Under the pieces are notes generated by a model, which made no database searches, was not told the origin of the DNA, and worked only from the letters and a program-made list of their open reading frames with translations. From NCBI GenBank assembly GCA_964057225.1, contig OZ059898.1, positions 3,410,001 through 3,474,000 on the forward strand: a DNA stretch of 64,000 nucleotides. Reading direction: 5' to 3'. The position numbers and the translations under genes were made by a program. Of the stretch, positions 1 to 11,600 are shown one piece after another. This stretch comes from Auanema rhodensis (lineage: Eukaryota; Animalia; Nematoda). How positions within the stretch are numbered: the first letter of the stretch is position 1; every line of letters begins with the position of its first letter.

Positions 1-36
1 TTCGAAAAAATTTTTGTCAAAATGTTTTTGGAAGCA

Positions 37-64
37 ATGTTGAGTGTACATGGAAACTCAACAT
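37..64. repeat. Inverted repeat in each monomer: ATGTTGAGT-N10-ACTCAACAT (9-bp stem)
   Basis: 37-45 is the exact reverse complement of 56-64. Confidence 0.95.
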
Positions 65-147
65 ACACTAATGCATCATTTTTCAAACGATCATAACTAA
101 TTTTTGTATTAAGCTTTTCTCAATGTAGTATAGTGCATTCGATGCGG

Positions 148-198
148 ATTTTTAAGCTGCGTCGATCTGTGTTATCAGATTTGCGCTAGCTTAAAAAT
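148..198. repeat. 51-nt imperfect hairpin/cruciform-capable inverted repeat in each monomer
   Basis: ATTTTTAAGCT (148-158) pairs with AGCTTAAAAAT (188-198), GCG (159-161) with CGC (184-186), and ATCTG (165-169) with CAGAT (176-180). The loop is TGTTAT and T187 is bulged. Confidence 0.95.
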
Positions 199-206
199 GC
201 ACCGAG

Positions 207-237
207 ATATCAACTGATATAAGTTCACACTTATATC
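207..237. repeat. Overlapping inverted repeats: ATATCA-ac-TGATAT and GATATAAGT-tcac-ACTTATATC
   Basis: 207-212 is the reverse complement of 215-220, and 216-224 is the reverse complement of 229-237. Confidence 0.92.
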
Positions 238-348
238 CTCGATTTTCACCCTGAAGAATTAATTTTTTCGTTGAATAACATTGTCTATCGTCTTTGCCTT
301 GAAAAATGGAATCTAAAAACATCTACTTTTTGCTAAATTATTCTGAAA

Positions 349-366
349 TTTTTCGAAAAAATTTTT
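349..366. repeat. Overlapping perfect palindromes TTTTTCGAAAAA (349-360) and AAAAATTTTT (357-366)
   Basis: Read directly from the sequence. The first is broken in the frequent TTTTCCGAAAAA variant monomers. Confidence 0.85.
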
Positions 367-3300
367 GTCAAAATGTTTTTGGAAGCAATGTTGAGTGTAC
401 ATGGAAACTCAACATACACTAATGCATCATTTTTCAAACGATCATAACTAATTTTTGTATTAAGCTTTTCTCAATGTAGTATAGTGCATTCGATGCGGAT
501 TTTTAAGCTGCGTCGATCTGTGTTATCAGATTTGCGCTAGCTTAAAAATGCACCGAGATATCAACTGATATAAGTTCACACTTATATCCTCGATTTTCAC
601 CCTGAAGAATTAATTTTTTCGTTGAATAACATTGTCTATCGTCTTTGCCTTGAAAAATGGAATCTAAAAACATCTACTTTTTGCTAAATTATTCTGAAAT
701 TTTTCGAAAAAATTTTTGTCAAAATGTTTTTGGAAGCAATGTTGAGTGTACATGGAAACTCAACATACACTAATGCATCATTTTTCAAACGATCATAACT
801 AATTTTTGTATCAAGCGTTTCTTAATGTTGTATAGTGCATTCGATCCGGATTTTTAAGCTGCGTCGATCTGTGTTATCAGATTTGCGCTAGCTTAAAAAT
901 GCACAGAGATATCAACTGATATAAGTTCACACTTATATCCTCGATTTTCACCCTGAAGAAATAATTTTTTCGTTGAATAACATCGTCCATCGTCTTTGCC
1001 TTGAAAAAAGGAATCTAAAAACATCTACTTTTTGCTAAATTATTCTGAAATTTTTCGAAAAAATTTTTGTCAAAATGTTTTTGGAAGCAATGTTGAGTGT
1101 ACATGGAAACTCAACATACACTAATGCATCATTTTTCAAACGATCATAACTAATTTTTGTATCAAGCGTTTTTCAATGTAGTAAAGTGCATTCGATGCGG
1201 ATTTTTAAGCTGCGTCGATCTGTGTTATCAGATTTGCGCTAGCTTAAAAATGCACCGAGATATCAACTGATATAAGTTCACACTTATATCCTCGATTTTC
1301 ATCCTGAAGAATTAATTTTTTCGTTGAATAACATTGTCCATCGTCTTTGCCTTGAAAAATCGAATCTAAAAACATCTACTTTTCGCTAAATTATTTTGAA
1401 ATTTTTCGAAAAAATTTTTGTCAAAATGTTTTTGGAAGCAATGTTGAGTGTACATGGAAACTCAACATACACTAATGCATCATTTTTCAAACGATCATAA
1501 CTAATTTTTGTATCAAGCGTTTTTCAATGTAGTATAGTGCATTTGATGCGGATTTTTAAGCTGCGTCGATCTGTGTTATCAGATTTGCGCTAGCTTAAAA
1601 ATGCACCGAGATATCAACTGATATAAGTTCACACTTATATCCTCGATTTTCACCCTGAAGAATTAAGTTTTTCGTTGAATAACATTGTCTATCGTCTTTG
1701 CCTTGAAAAATGGAATCTAAAAACATCTACTTTTTGCTAAATTATTTTGAAATTTTTCGAAAAAATTTTTGTCAAAATTTTTTGGAAGCAATGTTGAGTG
1801 TACATGGAAACTCAACATACACTAATGCATCATTTTTCAAACGATCATAACTAATTTTTGTATCAAGCGTTTTTCAATGTAGTATAGTGCATTTAATGCG
1901 GATTTTTAAGCTGCGTCGATCTGTGTTATCAGATTTGCGCTAGCTTAAAAATGCACCGAGATATCAACTGATATAAGTTCACACTTATATCCTCGATTTT
2001 CACCCTGAAGAATTAAGTTTTTCGTTGAATAACATTGTCTATCGTCTTTGCCTTGAAAAATGGAATCTAAAAACATCTACTTTTTGCTAAATTATTTTGA
2101 AATTTTTCCAAAAAAAATTTTGTCAAAATGTTTTTGGAAGCAATGTTGAGTGTACATGGAAACTCAACATACACTAATGCATCATTTTTCTAACGATCAT
2201 AACTAATTTTTGTATTAAGCTTTTCTCAATGTGGTATAGTGCATTCGATGTGGATTTTTAAGCTGCGTCGATCTGTGTTATCAGATTTGCGCTAGCTTAA
2301 AAATGCACCGAGATATCAACTGATATAAGTTCACACTTATATCCTCGATTTTCACCCTGAAGAATTAATTTTCTCGTTGAATAACATTGTCCATCGTCTT
2401 TGCCTTGAAAAAAGGAATCTAAAAACATCTACTTTTTGCTAAATTATTTTGAAATTTTCCGAAAAAATTTTTGTCAAAATGTTTTTGGAAGCAATGTTGA
2501 GTGTACATGGAAACTCAACATACACTAATGCATCATTTTTCAAACGATCATAACTAATTTTTGTATTGAGCGTTTTTCAATGTAGTATAGTGCATTCGAT
2601 GCGGATTTTTAAGCTGCGTCGATCTGTGTTATCAGATTTGCGCTAGCTTAAAAATGCACCGAGATATCAACTGATATAAGTTCACACTTATATCCTCGAT
2701 TTTCACCCTGAAGAAATAATTTTTTCGTTGAATAACATTGTCCATCGTCTTTGCCTTGAAAAAAGGAATCTAAAAACATCTACTTTTTGCTAAATTATTT
2801 TGAAATTTTTCGAAAAAATTTTTGTCAAAATTTTTTGGAAGCAATGTTGAGTGTACATGGAAACTCAACATACACTAATGCATCATTTTTCAAACGATCA
2901 TAACTAATTTTTGTATTAAGCTTCTCTCAATGTAGTATAGTGCATTCGATGCGGATTTTTAAGCTGCGTCGATCTGTGTTATCAGATTTGCGCTAGCTTA
3001 AAAATGCACCGAGATATCAATTGATATAAGTTCACACTTATATCCTCGATTTTCACCCTGAAGAATTAATTTTTTCGTTGAATAACATTGTCTATCGTCT
3101 TTGCCTTGAAAAATGGAATCTAAAAACATCTACTTTTTGCTAAATTATTCTGAAATTTTTCGAAAAAATTTTTGTCAAAATGTTTTTGGAAGCAATGTTG
3201 AGTGTACATGGAAACTCAACATACACTATTGCATCATTTTTCTAACGATCATAACTAATTTTTGTATTAAGCTTTTCTCAATGTAGTATAGTGCATTCGA

Positions 3301-4039
3301 TGCGGATTTTTAAGCTGCGTCGATCTGTGTTATCAGATTTGCGCTAGCTTAAAAATGCACCGAGATATCAACTGATATAAGTTCACACTTATATCCTCGA
3401 TTTTCACCCTGAAGAATTAATTTTCTCGTTGAATAACATTGTCCATCGTCTTTGCCTTGAAAAAAGGAATCTAAAAACATCTACTTTTTGCTAAATTATT
3501 TTGAAATTTTCCGAAAAAATTTTTGTCAAAATGTTTTTGGAAGCAATGTTGAGTGTACATGGAAACTCAACATACACTAATGCATCATTTTTCAAACGAT
3601 CATAACTAATTTTTGTATTAAGCGTTTTTCAATGTAGTATAGTGCATTCGATGCGGATTTTTAAGCTGCGTCGATCTGTGTTATCAGATTTGCGCTAGCT
3701 TAAAAATGCACTGAGATATCAACTGATATAAATTCACACTTATATCCTCGATTTTCACCCTGAAGAAATAATTTTTTCGTTGAATAACATTGTCCATCGT
3801 CTTTGCCTTGAAAAAAGGAATCTAAAAACATCTACTTTTTGCTAAATTATTTTGAAATTTTTCGAAAAAATTTTTGTCAAAATTTTTTGGAAGCAATGTT
3901 GAGTGTACATGGAAACTCAACATACACTAATGCATCATTTTTCAAACGATCATAACTAATTTTTGTATTAAGCGTTTTTCAATGTAGTGTAGTGCATTCG
4001 ATGCGGATTTTTAAGCTGCGTCGATCTGTGTTATCAGAT

Positions 4040-7000
4040 TTGCTCTAGCTTAAAAATGCACCGAGATATCAACTGATATAAGTTCACACTTATATCCTCG
4101 ATTTTCATCCTGAAGAATTAATTTTTTCGTTGAATAACATTGTCTATCGTCTTTGCCTTGAAAAATGGAATCTAAAAACATCTACTTTTTGCTAAATTAT
4201 TTTGAAATTTTTCGAAAAAATTTTTGTCAAAATGTTTTTGGAAGCAATGTTGAGTGTACATGGAAACTCAACATACACTAATGCATCATTTTTCAAACGA
4301 TCATAACTAATTTTTGTATTAAGCTTTTCTCAATGTAGTATAGTGCATTCGATGCGGATTTTTAAGCTGCGTCGATCTGTGTTATCAGATTTGCGCTAGC
4401 TTAAAAATGCACCGAGATATCAATTGATATAAGTTCACACTTATATCCTCGATTTTCACCCTGAAGAATTAATTTTTTCGTTGAATAACATTGTCTATCG
4501 TCTTTGCCTTGAAAAATGGAATCTAAAAACATCTACTTTTTGCTAAATTATTCTGAAATTTTTCGAAAAAATTTTTGTCAAAATATTTTTGGAAGCAATG
4601 TTGAGTGTACATGGAAACTCAACATACACTATTGCATCATTTTTCTAACGATCATAACTAATTTTTGTATTAAGCTTTTCTCAATGTAGTATAGTGCATT
4701 CGATGCGGATTTTTAAGCTGCGTCGATCTGTGTTATCAGATTTGCGCTAGCTTAAAAATGCACCGAGATATCAACTGATATAAGTTCACACTTATATCCT
4801 CGATTTTCACCCTGAAGAATTAATTTTCTCGTTGAATAACATTGTCCATCGTCTTTGCCTTGAAAAAAGGAATCTAAAAACATCTACTTTTTGCTAAATT
4901 ATTTTGAAATTTTCCGAAAAAATTTTTGTCAAAATGTTTTTGGAAGCAATGTTGAGTGTACATGGAAACTCAACATACACTAATGCATCATTTTTCAAAC
5001 GATCATAACTAATTTTTGTATTAAGCGTTTTTCAATGTAGTATAGTGCATTCGATGCGGATTTTTAAGCTGCGTCGATCTGTGTTATCAGATTTGCGCTA
5101 GCTTAAAAATGCACTGAGATATCAACTGATATAAATTCACACTTATATCCTCGATTTTCACCCTGAAGAAATAATTTTTTCGTTGAATAACATTGTCCAT
5201 CGTCTTTGCCTTGAAAAAAGGAATCTAAAAACATCTACTTTTTGCTAAATTATTCTGAAATTTTTCGAAAAAATTTTTGTCAAAATGTTTTTGGAAGCAA
5301 TGTTGAGTGTACATGGAAACTCAACATACACTAATGCATCATTTTTCAAACGATCATAACTAATTTTTGTATCAAGCGTTTTTCAATGTAGTATAGTGCA
5401 TTCGATGCGGATTTTTAAGCTGCGTCGATCTGTGTTATCAGATTTGCGCTAGCTTAAAAATGCACCGAGATATCAACTGATACAAGTTCACACTTATATC
5501 TTCGATTTTCACCCTGAAGAAATAATTTTTTCGTTGAATAACATTGTCCATCGTCTTTGCTTTGAAAAAAGGATTCTAAAAACATCTACTTTTTGCTAAA
5601 TTATTTTGAAATTTTTCGAAAAAATTTTTGTCAAAATGTTTTTGGAAGCAATGTTGAGTGTACATGGAAACTCAACATACACTAATGCATCATTTTTCAA
5701 ACGATCATAACTAATTTTTGTATCAAGCGTTTTTCAATGTAGTATAGTGCATTCGATGCGGATTTTTAAGCTGCGTCGATCTGTGTTATCAGATTTGCGC
5801 TAGCTTAAAAATGCACCGAGATATCAACTGATACAAGTTCACACTTATATCTTCGATTTTCACCCTGAAGAAATAATTTTTTCGTTGAATAACATTGTCC
5901 ATCGTCTTTGCTTTGAAAAAAGGATTCTAAAAACATCTACTTTTTGCTAAATTATTTTGAAATTTTTCGAAAAAATTTTTGTCAAAATGTTTTTGGAAGC
6001 AATGTTGAGTGTACATGGAAACTCAACATACACTAATGCATCATTTTTCAAACGATCATAACTAATTTTTGTATCAAGCGTTTTTTAATGTTGTATAGTG
6101 CATTCGATCCGGATTTTTAAGCTGCGTCGATCTGTGTTATCAGATTTGCGCTAGCTTAAAAATGCACCGAGATATCAACTGATATAAGTTCACACTTATA
6201 TCCTCGATTTTCACCCTGAAGAAATAATTTTTTCGTTGAATAACATTGTCCATCGTCTTTGCCTTGAAAAAAGGAATCTAAAAACATCTACTTTTTGCTA
6301 AATTATTTTGAAATTTTTCGAAAAAATTTTTGTCAAAATGTTTTTGGAAGCAATGTTGAGTGTACATGGAAACTCAACATACACTAATGCATCATTTTTC
6401 AAACGATCATAACTAATTTTTGTATTAAGCTTTTCTCAATGTAGTATAGTGCATTCGATGCGGATTTTTAAGCTGCGTCGATCTGTGTTATCAGATTTGC
6501 TCTAGCTTAAAAATGCACCGAGATATCAACTGATATAAGTTCACACTTATATCCTCGATTTTCATCCTGAAGAATTAATTTTTTCGTTGAATAACATTGT
6601 CCATCGTCTTTGCCTTGAAAAATCGAATCTAAAAACATCTACTTTTTGCTAAATTATTTTGAAATTTTTCGAAAAAATTTTTGTCAAAATGTTTTTGGAA
6701 GCAATGTTGAGTGTACATGGAAACTCAACATACACTAATGCATCATTTTTCAAACGATCATAACTAATTTTTGTATTAAGCTTTTCTCAATGTAGTATAG
6801 TGCATTCGATGCGGATTTTTAAGCTGCGTCGATCTGTGTTATCAGATTTGCGCTAGCTTAAAAATGCACCGAGATATCAATTGATATAAGTTCACACTTA
6901 TATCCTCGATTTTCACCCTGAAGAATTAATTTTTTCGTTGAATAACATTGTCTATCGTCTTTGCCTTGAAAAATGGAATCCAAAAACATCTACTTTTTGC

Positions 7001-8100
7001 TAAATTATTCTGAAATTTTTCGAAAAAATTTTTGTCAAAATATTTTTGGAAGCAATGTTGAGTGTACATGGAAACTCAACATACACTATTGCATCATTTT
7101 TCTAACGATCATAACTAATTTTTGTATTAAGCTTTTCTCAATGTAGTATAGTGCATTCGATGCGGATTTTTAAGCTGCGTCGATCTGTGTTATCAGATTT
7201 GCGCTAGCTTAAAAATGCACCGAGATATCAACTGATATAAGTTCACACTTATATCCTCGATTTTCACCCTGAAGAATTAATTTTCTCGTTGAATAACATT
7301 GTCCATCGTCTTTGCCTTGAAAAAAGGAATCTAAAAACATCTACTTTTTGCTAAATTATTTTGAAATTTTCCGAAAAAATTTTTGTCAAAATGTTTTTGG
7401 AAGCAATGTTGAGTGTACATGGAAACTCAACATACACTAATGCATCATTTTTCAAACGATCATAACTAATTTTTGTATTAAGCGTTTTTCAATGTAGTAT
7501 AGTGCATTCGATGCGGATTTTTAAGCTGCGTCGATCTGTGTTATCAGATTTGCGCTAGCTTAAAAATGCACTGAGATATCAACTGATATAAATTCACACT
7601 TATATCCTCGATTTTCACCCTGAAGAAATAATTTTTTCGTTGAATAACATTGTCCATCGTCTTTGCCTTGAAAAAAGGAATCTAAAAACATCTACTTTTT
7701 GCTAAATTATTCTGAAATTTTTCGAAAAAATTTTTGTCAAAATGTTTTTGGAAGCAATGTTGAGTGTACATGGAAACTCAACATACACTAATGCATCATT
7801 TTTCAAACGATCATAACTAATTTTTGTATCAAGCGTTTTTCAATGTAGTATAGTGCATTCGATGCGGATTTTTAAGCTGCGTCGATCTGTGTTATCAGAT
7901 TTGCGCTAGCTTAAAAATGCACCGAGATATCAACTGATACAAGTTCACACTTATATCTTCGATTTTCACCCTGAAGAAATAATTTTTTCGTTGAATAACA
8001 TTGTCCATCGTCTTTGCTTTGAAAAAAGGATTCTAAAAACATCTACTTTTTGCTAAATTATTTTGAAATTTTTCGAAAAAATTTTTGTCAAAATGTTTTT
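4040..8100. repeat. 7-monomer (2457-bp offset) duplication
   Basis: Diagnostic variant pairs at 4044/6501, 4424/6881, 4585/7042, 5115/7572 and 5483/7940 are all 2457 bp apart. Boundaries are approximate. Confidence 0.85.
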
Positions 8101-9549
8101 GGAAGCATGTTGAGTGTACATGGAAACTCAACATACACTAATGCATCATTTTTCAAACGATCATAACTAATTTTTGTATCAAGCGTTTCTTAATGTTGTA
8201 TAGTGCATTCGATCCGGATTTTTAAGCTGCGTCGATCTGTGTTATCAGATTTGCGCTAGCTTAAAAATGCACCGAGATATCAACTGATATAAGTTCACAC
8301 TTATATCCTCGATTTTCACCCTGAAGAAATAATTTTTTCGTTGAATAACATCGTCCATCGTCTTTGCCTTGAAAAAAGGAATCTAAAAACATCTACTTTT
8401 TACTAAATTATTTTGAAATTTTTCGAAAAAATTTTTGTCAAAATGTTTTTGGAAGCAATGTTGAGTGTACATGGAAACTCAACATACACTAATGCATCAT
8501 TTTTCAAACGATCATAACTAATCTTTGTATTAAGCTTTTCTCAATGTAGTATAGTGCATTCGATGCGGATTTTTAAGCTGCGTCGATCTGTGTTATCAGA
8601 TTTGCGCTAGCTTAAAAATGCACCGAGATATCAACTGATATAAATTCACACTTATATCCTCGATTTTCACCCTGAAGAAATAATTTTTTCGTTGAATAAC
8701 ATTGTCCATCGTCTTTGCCTTGAAAAAAGGAATCTAAAAACATCTACTTTTTGCTAAATTATTTTGAAATTTTTCGAAAAAATTTTTGTCAAAATGTTTT
8801 TGGAAGCAATGTTGAGTGTACATGGAAACTCAACATACACTAATGCATCATTTTTCAAACGATCATAACTAATCTTTGTATTAAGCTTTTCTCAATGTAG
8901 TATAGTGCATTCGATGCGGATTTTTAAGCTGCGTCGATCTGTGTTATCAGATTTGCGCTAGCTTAAAAATGCACCGAGATATCAACTGATATAAGTTCAC
9001 ACTTATATCCTCGATTTTCATCCTGAAGAATTAATTTTTTCGTTGAATAACATTGTCCATCGTCTTTGCCTTGAAAAATCGAATCTAAAAACATCTACTT
9101 TTCGCTAAATTATTTTGAAATTTTTCGAAAAAATTTTTGTCAAAATGTTTTTGGAAGCAATGTTGAGTGTACATGGAAACTCAACATACACTAATGCATC
9201 ATTTTTCAAACGATCATAACTAATTTTTGTATTAAGCGTTTTTCAATGTAGTATAGTGCATTCGATGCGGATTTTTAAGCTGCGTCGATCTGTGTTATCA
9301 GATTTGCGCTAGCTTAAAAATGCACCGAGATATCAACTGATATAAGTTCACACTTATATCCTCGATTTTCATCCTGAAGAATTAATTTTTTCGTTGAATA
9401 ACATTGTCTATCGTCTTTGCCTTGAAAAATGGAATCTAAAAACATCTACTTTTTGCTAAATTATTTTGAAATTTTTCCAAAAAAATTTTTGTCAAAATGT
9501 TTTTGGAAGCAATGTTGAGTGTACATGGAAACTCAACATACACTAATGC

Positions 9550-11600
9550 ATCATTTTTCTAACGATCATAACTAATTTTTGTATTAAGCTTTTCTCAATG
9601 TGGTATAGTGCATTCGATGTGGATTTTTAAGCTGCGTCGATCTGTGTTATCAGATTTGCGCTAGCTTAAAAATGCACCGAGATATCAACTGATATAAGTT
9701 CACACTTATATCCTCGATTTTCACCCTGAAGAATTAATTTTCTCGTTGAATAACATTGTCCATCGTCTTTGCCTTGAAAAAAGGAATCTAAAAACATCTA
9801 CTTTTTGCTAAATTATTTTGAAATTTTCCGAAAAAATTTTTGTCAAAATGTTTTTGGAAGCAATGTTGAGTGTACATGGAAACTCAACATACACTAATGC
9901 ATCATTTTTCAAACGATCATAACTAATTTTTGTATTGAGCGTTTTTCAATGTAGTATAGTGCATTCGATGCGGATTTTTAAGCTGCGTCGATCTGTGTTA
10001 TCAGATTTGCGCTAGCTTAAAAATGCACCGAGATATCAACTGATATAAGTTCACACTTATATCCTCGATTTTCACCCTGAAGAAATAATTTTTTCGTTGA
10101 ATAACATTGTCCATCGTCTTTGCCTTGAAAAAAGGAATCTAAAAACATCTACTTTTTGCTAAATTATTTTGAAATTTTTCGAAAAAATTTTTGTCAAAAT
10201 TTTTTGGAAGCAATGTTGAGTGTACATGGAAACTCAACATACACTAATGCATCATTTTTCAAACGATCATAACTAATTTTTGTATTAAGCTTTTCTCAAT
10301 GTAGTATAGTGCATTCGATGCGGATTTTTAAGCTGCGTCGATCTGTGTTATCAGATTTGCGCTAGCTTAAAAATGCACCGAGATATCAATTGATATAAGT
10401 TCACACTTATATCCTCGATTTTCACCCTGAAGAATTAATTTTTTCGTTGAATAACATTGTCTATCGTCTTTGCCTTGAAAAATGGAATCTAAAAACATCT
10501 ACTTTTTGCTAAATTATTCTGAAATTTTTCGAAAAAATTTTTGTCAAAATGTTTTTGGAAGCAATGTTGAGTGTACATGGAAACTCAACATACACTATTG
10601 CATCATTTTTCTAACGATCATAACTAATTTTTGTATTAAGCTTTTCTCAATGTGGTATAGTGCATTCGATGTGGATTTTTAAGCTGCGTCGATCTGTGTT
10701 ATCAGATTTGCGCTAGCTTAAAAATGCACCGAGATATCAACTGATATAAGTTCACACTTATATCCTCGATTTTCACCCTGAAGAATTAATTTTCTCGTTG
10801 AATAACATTGTCCATCGTCTTTGCCTTGAAAAAAGGAATCTAAAAACATCTACTTTTTGCTAAATTATTTTGAAATTTTCCGAAAAAATTTTTGTCAAAA
10901 TGTTTTTGGAAGCAATGTTGAGTGTACATGGAAACTCAACATACACTAATGCATCATTTTTCAAACGATCATAACTAATTTTTGTATTGAGCGTTTTTCA
11001 ATGTAGTATAGTGCGTTCGATGCGGATTTTTAAGCTGCGTCGATCTGTGTTATCAGATTTGCGCTAGCTTAAAAATGCACCGAGATATCAACTGATATAA
11101 GTTCACACTTATATCCTCGATTTTCACCCTGAAGAAATAATTTTTTCGTTGAATAACATTGTCCATCGTCTTTGCCTTGAAAAAAGGAATCTAAAAACAT
11201 CTACTTTTTGCTAAATTATTTTGAAATTTTTCGAAAAAATTTTTGTCAAAATTTTTTGGAAGCAATGTTGAGTGTACATGGAAACTCAACATACACTAAT
11301 GCATCATTTTTCAAACGATCATAACTAATTTTTGTATTAAGCTTTTCTCAATGTAGTATAGTGCATTCGATGCGGATTTTTAAGCTGCGTCGATCTGTGT
11401 TATCAGATTTGCGCTAGCTTAAAAATGCACCGAGATATCAATTGATATAAGTTCACACTTATATCCTCGATTTTCACCCTGAAGAATTAATTTTTTCGTT
11501 GAATAACATTGTCTATCGTCTTTGCCTTGAAAAATGGAATCTAAAAACATCTACTTTTTGCTAAATTATTCTGAAATTTTTCGAAAAAATTTTTGTCAAA
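9550..11600. repeat. 3-monomer (1052-bp) tandem duplication
   Basis: Rare variants GTGGTA (9603/10655), TATTGAGC (9937/10989) and CAATTG (10390/11442) are all 1052 bp apart. Confidence 0.85.

Larger units (their letters stand above)
1..351 (+). repeat. Representative satellite monomer (351 bp, ~31% GC, many A/T tracts)
   Basis: Positions 1-351 are repeated essentially identically at 352-702. Hand count gives G=52 and C=57. Confidence 0.98.

Noticed and set aside
148-237. Rho-independent terminators or promoters
   Set aside because: The stems are AT-rich, there are no associated genes, and the context is a eukaryotic-type satellite.
266-282. CENP-B box-like motif (TTCGTTGAA)
   Set aside because: It matches only the 5' part of CTTCGTTGGAAACGGGA and lacks the essential CGGG.
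1-351. Monomer as a dimer of ~175-bp subunits
   Set aside because: By eye only short matches (ATAAC, A/T tracts) link the two halves. A self-alignment would be needed to support this.
1-351. Tandem 5S rRNA, tRNA, snRNA or spliced-leader gene array
   Set aside because: I saw no recognisable 5S, tRNA cloverleaf, snRNA or SL sequence. An Rfam/Infernal scan would settle it.
1-351. Assignment to a known satellite such as Drosophila 359-bp (1.688) or beetle ~350-360-bp satellites
   Set aside because: The size and AT content are similar, but I recognise no sequence match and cannot assign it without a search.
1775-1785. 350-bp monomers (AAAATGTTTTT>AAAATTTTTT) as homopolymer sequencing errors
   Set aside because: The deletion recurs at the same site about 30 times and co-segregates with specific SNPs, so it is most likely a real variant.
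10482-10682. 66-aa ORF as a protein-coding gene
   Set aside because: It is satellite sequence. The same frame is interrupted by stops in the other copies, the composition reflects AT-rich codons (F, I, N, K), and I recognise no domain.
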